Of a DNA stretch of 64,000 nucleotides, positions 38,920 to 51,780 are shown in pieces. The notes beneath the pieces are model-generated. The model searched no databases. It saw nothing but the letters and a program-made list of their open reading frames with translations, and was not told where the DNA came from. The stretch's first letter is position 1. The number at the start of each line of letters is the position of its first letter. Source of the DNA: Psilocybe cubensis (Eukaryota); contig CM039005.1 of NCBI GenBank assembly GCA_017499595.2, forward strand, positions 186,001 to 250,000, in the 5' to 3' direction. A program made the translations under genes and the position numbers.

Positions 38920-39100
38920 CGTGGGAATATCCTGAGTACAGTGTACGCAGAATATTCCCACGGTCAACCTCTCCCGATATTCAGCCGAGTGTGGGAATAT
39001 TCTGCGTACAGTGTACGCAGAATTCTCCCACGGACTTCCTCGCCGATATTCAGCCGAGTGTGGGAATATTCTGCGTACAGTGTACGCAGGATTCTCCCAT
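38920..39100. repeat. Three tandem ~41-bp palindromes (period ~70 bp) between the convergent Helitron genes
   Basis: GTGGGAATATTCTGCGTACAGTGTACGCAGAATATTCCCAC-like units separated by near-identical ..CCGATATTCAGCCGA linkers. Confidence 0.9.
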
Positions 39101-39245
39101 GGGGTGCCAACTAACACTTTCAGATAATTTCTGTCATGAAAATGACTTGACAAATTATTCCTTGTTATTTACAATGTTCACGCAAATGGATTGATTGTTC
39201 GTTCAGCACATTTATGATATCCTTGTCTTTCTATGTACATATGTA

Positions 39246-40220
39246 TTAATCTTGGGACATAGTATTGCTATTGTGGACTGTGTCCTCATTTAAGCGCATA
39301 CGTGCCATCCTCTGTTGCGTGTCTTCAATGTCAATCTGACCTTTGTACAGCTGCCTCTTTGTCCTACACAAAACAGCAACCTGTCTTTTCGCTGGAGTAT
39401 AGCGCAACCGCATTCTGAGAATATCAGCTTTCTGTTGGAAGTTATAAATGGCTATGAGACTGTTCAATGTAACATTGCTTACCTCTCTTGCCTCCTGGTC
39501 CAAGACAAGTATTCCGCGAAGAGCGACAACAAATTTGTACTTGTTTCCTTGGGCAGGAAATGCGACAAAGGCAACACTGATCTCGACAATGTCTCCAATT
39601 CGTATGGAGGCAGGATTATAAGAATAATATCTGTTGCAACATGATATTAGTTTGGTTGTGATGTGTTGTTGGTATTTTCTAAACATACCTGGCTATTCCG
39701 TCAGGAAGTATCTCCCGACAAAGAAACTGTACCTTGTTATCGATTGCGTGGATGAAACTGTCCCCTACCATGGACGCCAACACGTTATCAGGGTCGACCA
39801 GGGGATGAAAACCTATGTTGTCAGATTTGTCTTGATATGTGGATACCTTCGTGAAATATTGGCTATGCGCATGGAAAACATTGAAACCCGTGTCTTTGTG
39901 AAGAACTGGGTCATAGCCGCTGACGCTGTCCGCAGGAAAATTGTTTGCAAAACGGAGGAAAACTTCTTCTAGCTTTTCCATCACCTTATTGAACACAATG
40001 TCTCCGAGTCCCGTGATAGCAATGGCGGTACGTAAATATGGTTGTTGCTTGACCGTTCTGTCGCGGCTGTAACAGTCCTCATTTGTAATTAATTCACCTC
40101 AATGGAGTGGACGTACGAAGCAGGCTTTGCCATTGGTGGTAGCATCTTGTCGCTAACTATGCCTTGGAGTCTGAATATCACTTCGTCCATTGCACCAATA
40201 TCCACGTCAAAGTTGGACAT
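39246..40220 (-). CDS. Helitron-borne gene, putative OB-fold/ssDNA-binding-like protein (multi-exon)
   Basis: MSNFD..DEVIFRLQGIVSDKMLPP; HSQYFT; VDPDNVL..IHAIDNKVQF; NPASIRIGDIVEISVAFVAF..FVVALRGILVLD (beta-rich pattern). The fold assignment is inference. Confidence 0.65.
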
Positions 40221-43200
40221 ATTTATATTATATTATATATATATTATATTATTACAAAGCGTGACGCTGAATCGTAAAGACTCGTCATGCCACGCTCCGC
40301 GGTGGCCCACTAAAACAAGTTTATTGACCAGACACTTCCATCAAGGAGTCAAAGATGATTTCTCAGTAATAACATTGGGGTAAGTACCGAAATTTCTTGC
40401 ATTTTATCATCGAGAAGTAGGTAAAACATGCCTAGTTACTCGTTTAAGAGCACTTTTTTCGTAAAAATTTCCGGATATAAGTCGTGTCACGAGTGACCTC
40501 CCCTAAAGTGATCCACTGCGAGTCGGTGGACCAACGACGCGATATTTTTTCCATCGAGTACGCATCATGTCCTGCACACACACATACACAGTGTTCTCAA
40601 GGTCAGCCAATGTGGGCCTGCTCCTCAAATTGACCTAGCCCCTGGTCTGAGCCCCTGTACATCGTGTTGCTTACTTTGCCGTAGTTGAGGGACTTCAAGA
40701 TCGGCATGTACATTGGAAAGGGGTTCTATATAATGTAAAGGATGGTAAGCAAAGGCAGCAGTGAACCATAGCGACTCACTAGCATGATTACAGACACCCC
40801 TCCACCTCTGTAACGCCCCCATCTATGCTTGATTGCAGGATCACTGTCAGCCAAATAAGACTGAACACAGAAGGTCAGTTGAATGCGTAACAATTGTTTT
40901 CATGCGCTCACATGAGTATCGTGTCAGTCACAGAGTTGGAGGATCGTATAAGTGCCATGCCAGGAGCGAGAGGGGTCAAAGATGGCGGAGAGGGGGCAGG
41001 TGGAGGAGAGGTTGTTTTTGACATGCGAGTTAGGTCAGTGTATGCTCATAAACATTGTCTCCAGTACTCACGACGACCTTCATGTACCGCATGTCAACTC
41101 CCATTCTGTACCAAACCGCAATAGTATCAGGCTGGAACCCATCCCCGTCACCAAAAAGACACAGCAGAAACGTTGAGTGAGGGGATGATTTTGCCCGCTC
41201 ATCGTGTCAGTAGATTTGCATCGACCATTATGTTCAGCAGTTGCTTGACGAGCTACATATGCGAGAAATAGCGGGAGGGAGGTCGAGGCTAGCTTTAGCC
41301 GCAGGAAAGGTGCAAGTCTTTCCGCTTCGCATTCCCTAAGGTGATCCACGTTGCAAGTCAGAAACCCGCCTTTTGCGCTGACTGTTGTGTCACGGCCTAC
41401 TCTACCTCAGGTAATGCGCTGCAACTCGGTGGACGCGATATTTTTCCCTCATCGAGTACGCGTCTACCGTGTCCTGTACAGCCAGTACTCACAAGGTCAC
41501 CCGTTACCCCTGTGTGTCAATTTGTTGCTCATCTCAACCGTCCATGAGTGCCTTCGCTGTGATCATACGCTAGCGTCTGAAGGGTGCTGGTATTCTCCAT
41601 ATGATAGTCAAATTCCGCCTGGCGCAGCGCACATGCTGCGAAAGTGGTCAATGCAGTGGTCAAGTTTTACTTCGTACCATTCCACTATTCACGCTGACTA
41701 CATGAGTCTGACGACAAAACTGAAGGTGAGTGTTGCAGCACCTGCCACGCATTGTATCCACCACATTCACGTAAACGCTGCTTCCAGTACTGACTATGAC
41801 CTTGGCGACCCACAATTCAGCTCTCATTGAGGGAAATGATGCCTTTTCCCCCGAATCGCATCAGTAGATGTGCATCAAGCATTATGCTCAGCATTCACGA
41901 GTTGCCTATGCGAGCAGGGATGGAAGGGAATTTGAGCCTGAGGGGTAACTTTATCCCCGGGAGTGGTGGAAATCTTCCCGAGTGACATTCCCCTAAGGTG
42001 ATCTGCGCTGCAAGTCAGAAATCTGTTTTTTGAATTAGAGATGTGAGTGGTGACAATTTGATGTGTCAAACCAACGGATTAACTTCTTCACAAATCCATC
42101 AAAAAAATTTGTGAAAGGTCTAGGGCGGAGGGGCGGTACTCTATGTGTCCTTGTTCTTATTGATGGCCACTCACATACCACTGCTAGCGGCCATCCCGAG
42201 GGATTGTTTTAGCACACCCGTGCCTGAGCCACAGCAGACACGCTATGCGCCGTCGACTCGGCCGTTTGAGGTCTTTCAATTCTTTCTGACCGTTGGGGCC
42301 TGTGTCGAGGTCCCCGTTATCCTCGTATGTGGGGACCCTGGTTATCAGGGAGAAGTGTAGCACATGCGATTCAATGTGCAGTTCCCGGATGTCAGAGCGA
42401 GTCACAGCATCCAGGGCCTCATTCTCTTTCCACCTCAGGTTATCTAACCAATGTAGCGGGGCGAGCGTTTACCATGGTGTGTAGTCTGCCTTACGACTGC
42501 TCTTATGTTGGCCACCACTTGGTTTCGAGGACAACATATTCCTGTGTCTCTTGCATCGGACGCGTGGTTTATATGTCCCAGTCGTAGAACACACTGAACC
42601 CGTCGTGTGGGCCCAGAGGGATTTGGGCTTTGGGGACGTGTTTAAGCCTTGCTTTGTGTTTGTGCTATGTTGTCTGTAGATCCCATATGGGTCCTCGGGT
42701 GTTAAACGTTGAAGGGCCCTGCACCTGCGCATTGGTTCAAATGGGCTTGTTCTAGAGGGTATATCTTCTTCTCCCACTTTCTCCATATTCTCCGCTATAT
42801 GGTGCCTTATCATCGCCTCGGAAAACATGGATTTACATAACATGGCGCTAATGGTCGGGGTACATGTTCGTAGGTCAAACTGTACGCCCCCTTGAATTCA
42901 GCTTTAGGTTGGTATTTTGGTACATTCGAATCATTCCATGGCAGTTACGGCGTTTGTGGGAGTTCTCGATAACGGTCCAGTGTCAACGCACTGTTTAGGA
43001 TGGACCCCATGAAATTCAACTCACATCGTCATCACTTGCTCTTCAATGATTAACCCTGGAACTTCACCGACAACACGCGTAATGGACCTTTCATCATCAT
43101 TATCTTCCCATCAAAAATACCGCGATAAGGTTGTTCTGTAGTTTTGTGTTACCATCTGCCATGTTACGGGAACAAACGGAGACACTAAAACCACGGCCCT

Positions 43201-43753
43201 ATCATTCCTGCGATCTACCATTCATTTTACTAGACCAATGGCGAACAGAAAGTACTAGTGGTGTATCTTTAATGGCACCAAATCTGAGATTTTGAGCGAA
43301 TGTCTTTACATGCAAGGGTATTGGCGAACGTGGGACTGTTATCACGCCTCTCAATGACTGCTAAATACAATTCTAGGTTCTTCAAGACTACTGTCAACTG
43401 CTGATCAGAAATCTGTTGAAGATATAAATAAAATGATGTATGTTTCTTGCTACTAACATATGAAGATGACTTCTGTCCATTAATGTTAATCATAGAAAAA
43501 AATGACGGTAACAGGGCAGTATAGAATTCGGAAAGCATTCCTGCGGTCTCAGGCAACAATTTCATTCTTTAAATTCATAGAGCCTTGTAGAGAATATCAC
43601 TGATATGACACCGGATTGAGGAAATGCAACCTGGAACTTACCATAGATACTGTCTACATGTAATTCGTGGAACAGCCAATTTGTTGAAACGCTAGACGTA
43701 TTATAAACCCAATGCGACCTCAATTCCAGGCCTTCCCAGTATCTCCCGCATCC

Positions 43754-44883
43754 ATGTATTCTGTCTCAGTTCAAGAAGATTATATTAGCTCCAGCCTCAA
43801 TCGCTCGATGCTATTGAGTTTTTTCTTTGGTAGATAAGTTACTTTCTACATTGTGACTGCAGTCTCACCTGTATGGCAGGAATATACACCGTTGTGTTCG
43901 GGTTCACAATATACGTTCATCGTAAGTCTACACATCTCTGAGTCCATACAGATAATATAATGGTACCAGGTTTCTGTGGAGTCTCCCATCGCAACCGCTG
44001 GGTTGTCCTGTGGGCAATCACAGCATTGTACATCATGTTCATTGCATATTCGACGGCGAAGTGGTACAGTGCCTACCAGGGTATTGTCATTAACGGAGAC
44101 ACTCGAAAACACATGTTTTGGGGTGTGCAGGGAGGACCTGATTGGGTGTGCTTAAGTTCTGGCTTTATCTTCAAATTTATGATTGTAGTTGCAGACTGCT
44201 TACTTGTAGGTTCAATCTCTGCCTTATTGTATTTTAATCTACCCTTCACAAATTCTTTCATAGATATGGCGATGCTATCATGTTTGGGGTCGGTCATTTC
44301 GAACCGTCTCTGGCTTGTTAGCATTTGTATCTTTGGAGGCCGGTACGTCTTATTCGACAATAGAAGAGTACGCAAAATTCTAACTAGAGATGGGTTTCTG
44401 CTAAGTAGCCCTTTGCATTGTTGCCACACTGTCAGATGCATCCTACAATGATACATTCTACAATATCTACGACTACATCGTCGGCGCATTAATATTCATA
44501 TCGTTTGTCACCACAGTAATAACAACGTTCATGATTGGCTTCAAGATTTACCGCGCCTCTCAGTTCAGAGGCTCACCGTACAGAAAATTATTCAACAATA
44601 TCACGGTTATTTTAATAGAATCAGCGGCTCCGTATTCGATTATTCTCCTTCTCGAATCCGTGACTTCATTCATTCCTTCTTACAACGTTTTCGGTTCAAA
44701 AGAAGATATTTCTGTGACCTACATGGATGCGGCAATGTCCTTTATCACTGTGAGCTATAATCCTGCTCTTTTTGCATTGGATTTAATAGTCAAATTTAGG
44801 GAATAGCGCCAACTGTTCTGGTTGCCAGAGTTGCCTTGATAAGCTCTGAAACAGTGATCTCTAGACCACCTTCAAACCTTTGA
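43754..44883 (+). CDS. Multi-exon 7TM-like membrane protein (paralog 3)
   Basis: TATAAA at ~43702; MYSVSVQEDYISSSLNRSMLLSFFFG, ADCLL|IWRCYHVWG, IESAAPYSI, GIAPTVLVARV. Confidence 0.85.
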
Positions 44884-46935
44884 ACATTTTTTTAAAAAAT
44901 CTCGCTCCGTTGCGGTTGTACAATATTCAAACACAAGGATTCTTCAAAGCGTAGATATACACTGATTACTACTGTAAACTTGGTGATCGGACAAAGAAAT
45001 TAAACGCTTGTTAAGAGATCTTTCGTGTGAGTTATTGGAAATGAGACAGGGATCGCTGGTGGGGTAAATGTGGAAAGTTGGTGCCAACTGATGCCGCTTG
45101 ATGGCCTGGACACACCAGTTTTTGAGGGGTCGTGGGTTTTGCGCAGATTTTTAACAGTTAAGAAGTGTGAAATAGTAAAGTGGCCCCTGTATCCTCCAAG
45201 CTTATAGTGGGATTATTAGACTTCTTGTAAGTCGTACTTGACGGAGCTCAAGGAAGAGGAAATGGAGATCTGACGACAGATGCCCGGACCGCCTGGTGAG
45301 GTCAAGAATTCCGGATATATTGTGTTCTTCTCGAAGATTGAGCTCTAGAAGGATGACTTTTTTCTTTTTGGATTATTTGATATCCTGTCTATATTTTACA
45401 ATACGATATGGATCAAGTTGAGATTCTCTGTTCAGACTCGTCAGACTACTTAATATCATCTTTAAAAGTCACGTGTAGACCTCCCCTAAAGTCAACTTTG
45501 AATGCGCGCTTGAGTCGCTTGCCAAATTTTTAACTACATACGCTACCCGAAAACCTGCATTCAAGTATCTCATTCAGATCACTCAGCGCATCAACCTTCT
45601 GTTTACAGCTGTAACCACACGGGGCACTGAAGGATTGTGACGGTAACTCTATACTCCGGAATAATTGCCTTTCTGTACGTGCTTCATTTTTTTTTTTCAT
45701 TTCTGGCTGGTCGAGTGTTGAACCGCGCGATTGAGGATAAGATGGGGAGGGGAAGAGAGACAAATTCAGGGAGCTTCGGGTATGCAATTTCAGATCTGGT
45801 ATCGTCGCGTTTGAAGTTGACAGATTGGGAAGAATTATGTTGCTGCTATTTGTTAGGGAGCGACACGGACGACAAGCAGTAATGGTAAATCGCCGGGGTA
45901 CCCTGATACGGTTGTGTACTGTTCTCAGCCAAACGTTCTTTCACTGCGCCCCAATGAGGTTTCTGTGTCCCCCATACTCTACTGGCCCTACTTGGATACC
46001 ACGGCATACAGCATGTATATCCCGAAATGGTTGTTTACCTCCTCTTATGCCATGCCGTTGCATGTCCGTGCCTTTCTCCTGACTCGGGTGCCTGTATAGG
46101 ACGTCACACAATGTTGGACTTTAAGCCCATTTATTCATCCAAGTACGCCGCAACGTGTACTGTCGAATGTTTGGCTGCCCCTTTGTCTGTTCCCCTTGGG
46201 TGCTTGTATGAGTTCTTGTATTCCTATGTTCTAGTGTGGAAAACATTTGATACCAATGCTCAAAATGGTATGGCTTGACTTTATCCACCTTTGTCGGACA
46301 GGCTGCCGAGATGCCAGTGTTCTCTACACCGAATGAAATATTCTATTCATTCCGATGTTCTCGTTCCGCATCGCGATAAGTTATTGATTCAACTAATGGC
46401 CGACCAGGCATCTGTTCAGTGCTCCCCAATTTCTCCGTGAAGCAGCGGGTGACTGTTAAGTGGCCGAAGCATACACTATCATCGATCCGGTACGTGGAGT
46501 CCATTAAAACGTATCATGTTCAATTCACCTACAAGTCACGACGGAACAGGAAGCTTCAAAAGTGCAAGTTGATTGCGCAGTTTGATATATTCTGTCTGCA
46601 TCGAATTGATTTCAACGAATTCGTGATAGAGCATGTGGTCCCAGTAAGTCAGGACTGTCCAGGTGTGATTTGGTGTAGTTTATACTGACTGGGTAACTTC
46701 TACGTTAGGAAAACACTCAAATATTTTAACCGCTACTGGCTACTGCATCATAGCGTACCTATAGTGCACTCGTGATCTAGTGCAATCAGCGATCTAGCGG
46801 GTCCAATGACATCCCATAAGCCACCATATCAATCTCGCGTCCGCCAATCAATCGTGGATCTGAAGCATAATCTGCGAGTATATCAGACCCGATAGGTAAG
46901 CTTGAATCTTGTCTTCCGACCACCCAGCTCTTACT

Positions 46936-48259
46936 ATGTCCTCGTCGACTTCAGTGCCTTCCCAAGTGACCATTTCAAATCGCATAATCAGTGCAAATCT
47001 CAATGGAACAATGATCCTCACGTTCTTGATGGGTAGGCTAAACGAATCAATGCACACAATCATGGGCTAAAGTATCAAACTTTCAGGATTTTATACTCTC
47101 GTGTACTTTGGGACCATGTATCTGTATCGTATGTTTCACCCTTTCCTGTATGATCACCTGCTTGTGAACTCATATTTCCAGTGTCCCGGAAGCCCGCGAA
47201 TACGAATAGCCGCATTGTTCTCGTTACAATCTCCGTGCTATACTTTCTGTCGTTTTTGGGCTTCATTGTACAATGGTACTTTACTGATTGGTCGGTCGTC
47301 ATACACGGAGAGACGCGAGAATCTATGTTCTGGGCGTTGATGAACCTACCGCTGTGGATTGGAATAATCAACAATATTCAACTGAATGCACTCTTCGTTA
47401 TCTCCGATGGACTACTTGTGAGTAAAATTGCATTGGGAGTGAACTCTCACCGAGTCCGTGTAGATCTGGAGGTGTTACCATGTATGGGGACAATCCTTCA
47501 AGGTCATCTTTGCTCCATTGGTACTCTTAGCTACCGAATTTTGTAAGTTCATCAGTACCTATAGCATTCTCTTCAAATATTCTAACTGAGTGAATTTAAG
47601 GCCTCGCTGTTGCAGCTGTTGCCTTACAAATCATGTATGGCCATATTGCTAGCGAAGTGGCAAATGTCGCGCTCGAGAACCACATGTCTAGTGCTGCAGT
47701 TTTCGTGTCACTCGGTACCACCCTCATCACGACGTTTCTCATCGGATACCGGATACATACTGCGTCGTTGCTGAATAAGTCTCCTTCTCAGAAGCTTTAC
47801 AACCGTATCGTTGTGACAATCATCGAGTCTTCTGCGGTTTATTCTTTGGTTCTTCTTGCCTTTGCCATCACTCTAGTCATCCGTGTCCCGGAGAACTCAC
47901 AGTCATTGCTTACTGAAGCTACATACTACAGTGAGGCAGTCCTGCTAGTGGTTACAGTATGTTGTTTCCCTTCGACCCCTTTCTATTTTTGGTTCCTGAC
48001 TCAATGCCAGGGAATGGCCCCAACGGTCATGGTAGCTAGAATCGCTCTGACCAACCCCAGTGCTCTCGCTCCTTCCGCTACTTCCCACATATCGGGACTG
48101 GCGTTCCAGTCAGACCAAGAGTGGGAGCAAAGCCACTGTGGGGAATACACAAATGGCAACCTTAGTAACACCGTCCACACAGACCTTAAGAGCCAATCCC
48201 CGATCATTGACTTCAAAAAAACAACTGAATCGCAGGGTCTAGATGTCACTGAAGTTTGA
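46936..48259 (+). CDS. Multi-exon 7TM-like membrane protein (paralog 4)
   Basis: MSSSTSVPSQ..ISANLNGTMILTFLMG, SDGLL|IWRCYHVWG, IESSAVYS, GMAPTVMVARI. Confidence 0.87.
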
Positions 48260-48863
48260 TGAAGTACATCTGCACTTCTCATGTACCATATGCTTCCTTT
48301 TTCCTATGGTTTGCGCTGCTCGACGTTTTGCTGATATTTGTGCCCTTGGATACCTCTTTATTCCACGAAGGCCACGATGTCACGCGTTGCGTTCCATTAA
48401 AATGTATAGCTTATCTTTTGATTAATTGGTTTGTAGCCCGTTACTTTATTACTCAAAATTGTTTCCAGGCTGCTTTGCGGGATTGTGCTCATGATTATTC
48501 TCAGATAATGTAAGACTTTTCAAGACAGATACGCGCACAAAATAGCTTTGCGGGGTATTTTGACAGGTTCCGAGTAAGGTGGCAAGGCAATCCGCTGATC
48601 GCAGTGCATCGCTTGGGGTACTAAGCCGTACTGATGTCCTTGTAGCAACAGTCAACCACACTGCGTATTGTATCCCAATTACACACTTCTTGTTGCAGTC
48701 AAAATGGCGATTGGTGAATCCTTGCAGTATTTCTTATACCAAAGCTGTAAATATGGCTATGTTTATGATCTTGACCCGGGTATGCGGTACAAAGAGGTCG
48801 TGATTTCTTCTGGAATATAAAGAGTCTACTGGGCTCACCTATTTCTCCCCTAATCATCCCAGC

Positions 48864-50103
48864 ATGTCGAGTTTTGAAGAGTCAACAAGAATACGCATCG
48901 AGGAACAATATATCAGCGCCAATCTCAACAGCTCTCTGCTGCAGAATTTTTTGTTAGGTCCGTTTAACTGCTACCTGTGCACACAACCAGACATTGGGAT
49001 TCACGATGTGTAACAGGAATCTATACTTGCATATATGGAGGAACCATGTATCTATGCCGTACGTCTTGACACGCACCCTTTCCTTGATGTAACCTTAGAG
49101 TGGATGTACTGCAGTGTCTAAACAGAACAAAAGGATGAATCGTCCAATTGTCCTATTGTGTATATCCGTGTTATACACCATCTGCCTCTCAAACTTCGTC
49201 TTGAACTGGTTCTTTATCGACCTGGTTGATTTAGAAAAGGGAACCACCCGAGACTCTGCCTTTATTACTACCTTGGATGGACCTAGCTGGATTGAGTTAA
49301 TAAATAATATTTCTCTCTATTCCATGTTTGTAGTTTCTGATGGACTATTGGTTCGTCAAATTGATATCTGATATAACCTACATGTGTCTAACCGTATTTG
49401 AATTCTGTCAGATATGGAGATGCTATCATGTCTGGGGAAAATCTATTCGCGTTATTCTACCTCCGTTGTTGTTGACATTGTCAGAACTCGGTAGGTCTTA
49501 TTTGCTATTTTTACAATCTCACTGAGAGTACCACATCAACAGGTCTTTTCGTCGCAATAATAGTGCTAATGGTGACTAACTTTCAAAATCTGACTGGCGA
49601 AGGTTCCACTCGTTTCAATACAATCTCCAGCATTCTCATATTCATATCTTCCGGCACCACAGTACTTGCGTCGTGTTTGATCGGGTACAGGATTTATTCT
49701 TGCTCTCGTTCAAACAGTCAGCGTGCCCAAAGAGTATTCGGCCGCCTTGTAATCATGATCGTTGAGTCAGCTGCAGTCTACACCATTCTGCTTATCTTCA
49801 ATGCCATTATCGGCCTTCTTCCCTCATTCAATAACCTTGGTGCACGTTTCTGCGAAGTCGAGTACTACGTCGGTATAATGTTAGTGGTCGCTGCGGTATG
49901 TAGGATGAGAAATATTTTGGACCATGGTGTATGTCTAACACGATATCCAGGGGTTATCGCCCACTATTCTCGTGGCCAGAATAGCTCTCAATGACTCAAA
50001 CAGCACCGCCTGCTCATTGTCAGCCACGTCCGTGCATATGTTACAATTACGCCAGAACACTCTTACAGACGGTGCATTCAATGACGGAAAGACCAATCGA
50101 TAA
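48864..50103 (+). CDS. Multi-exon 7TM-like membrane protein (paralog 5)
   Basis: TATAAAAG at ~48816; MSSFEES..YISANLNSSLLQNFLLG, SDGLL|IWRCYHVWG, VESAAVYT, GLSPTILVARI. Confidence 0.87.
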
Positions 50104-51780
50104 GGGAAAACAGGGTGCTCTTAAAATGTGAATGCACAAGTACTAACCGGAACCTTTAACCGGTATCCTCTAAAGCCACACAAAAATTCATGGAAATTTT
50201 CTAGAATACAATGACTTTGAGACTTAACGTTACCTGCCGTTTTCTTACTATTTACCGTCTTTGGGAGGGCGAAATACTATTCTGAAGTCGTGCTAAGTGT
50301 GATTACTGTAAGCAAAGTCGATCCATTTTTAGTACATGAACAGGTAGACATATTAGTTTGTAAACAATCCCGCCCCCCACATCCACGACAAGGCTTCCGC
50401 TCGGCTGCGAGCTTCAATCAAGTTCTGATATGGGAAACGGAAAAAGAGAGAAATAAGAAACGCATATAGTCTGACCGAAGCTTCGAAAACAGGGAAGGGA
50501 AAATCGAGAATTAATTCGCCATTCAGAAGAGTTTCAGGTGCCTCCCTCCTATCCGTGCCCGATAACGCTGTCCCACACCGTTCGAGTCCGACGCCGTCGT
50601 CATTGCGAGTCTCGCCACTAGGTACTAGACAGTGGAGACTGAAAATTTATTTGTATCCCATTTCCCGATTCTCAATTTCCAACTCCTTTTCAGTACAGTA
50701 CAACACCTGGATCAGGGTGCTGGCAAGATGCTGTAGTCATCCGAGCTGTGGCGAATATTCTGCCAGTCTGGAGCGTGGAGGGGAAGACGGAGATATGATA
50801 CAAAGGTAGAGGGAGGGGAAGAGTTTACGAGACCGACGTGGGTTCGTGTGCGTGAGCGCGTGGGTGTATAGTATGCGCATTTGTGTGTCCGTCCGCCTGT
50901 CTGTGGCGCTGAGCATGAATGAAAAGAGGTTATCTGTTTATTCTATCCAAGAACTTGATTCGTCGGATGCGGGTTGTATATCTGTGAGGTCCATTGATAG
51001 TAGTGTATTTCAGTGATGTGCCGGTCAGATAACTGTCAGCGAAGTCAGAAGCAGTTACGTTCCCATCAGTAACCGTCATGACCATGACACGATGGGCACC
51101 TAACTGTCATGTGGCTATCTAACATGTTAGCTAGGTTGTTGCCATAATATTGTACTATGTTAATTGTCATGTAATTGTCATGTTAACTGTCATGTTTTTT
51201 GGGTCACACTTTACCTTGTCACTCAAGACCCAGTAAGTCTCTGTGAACCGTGAATAGTCTTCAAGTCCCATAGCTAGCAATCAAAAATGGAGTCTGGCAG
51301 TTGCATAACCGGTTGACTTGGGGGCAATAATGCTACTCAATTCTCTTTTTTACAATGCTGTTTAATTTTTAAAACCACGTGGAACAGTTTAGCCGACGGG
51401 TGTATACTGTTGGTGTGCCTTTCTGAGTTTGAATGAGCTTGAAAGCGGCTAACATGCCGACCGCAGCAACGGTGTAGTCAAGGAGCTTTGACGCGTCGAA
51501 ACGCGTCTTTATTTCGCGGCGCGTCTCCTCTTTGCGCCCGTTTTTAGCTATGTTTCCCAATGCCTGGCAAGGTGCACATTCTGTCAACGATCACACCCAT
51601 CTAGAGCAAGCCTCTCAGCCCGTAATCGACGTGATTTCCGATCTTAGTTTGCGAGATGTGAGAACATGATTGCGACTGTTTGCTCGTCGACCGGTTTTGC
51701 ATCGTTAATGAAGAAAATTGCCATTCTTTCCCAGGAAATGAGATTCTTGTCCTTATTTGCTGATATCTAGGTGCATGCTG

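Larger units (their letters stand above)
15355..40319 (+). mobile_element. Non-autonomous Helitron-like element (native size ~3.4 kb) expanded to ~25 kb by nested insertions
   Basis: Inserted between A and T with no TSD; 5' TTACGAGTCTTTACG, 3' hairpin GCCAC..GTGGC (40289-40306) then CCACTAAAACAAG; 13-bp subterminal inverted repeat (15357-15369 / 40273-40285). Both ends are confirmed by the homologous inner copy. No Rep/helicase ORF seen. Confidence 0.8.

Noticed and set aside
38920-39100. CRISPR-like repeat-spacer appearance
   Set aside because: The spacers are nearly identical to each other, there are only three units, no cas genes are present and the context is eukaryotic.
15313-40325. AGTTTATT near both ends of the outer element as a TSD
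   Set aside because: The left copy is ~35 bp outside the homology-defined end and the inner family member has no TSD, so this is probably chance in AT-rich DNA.
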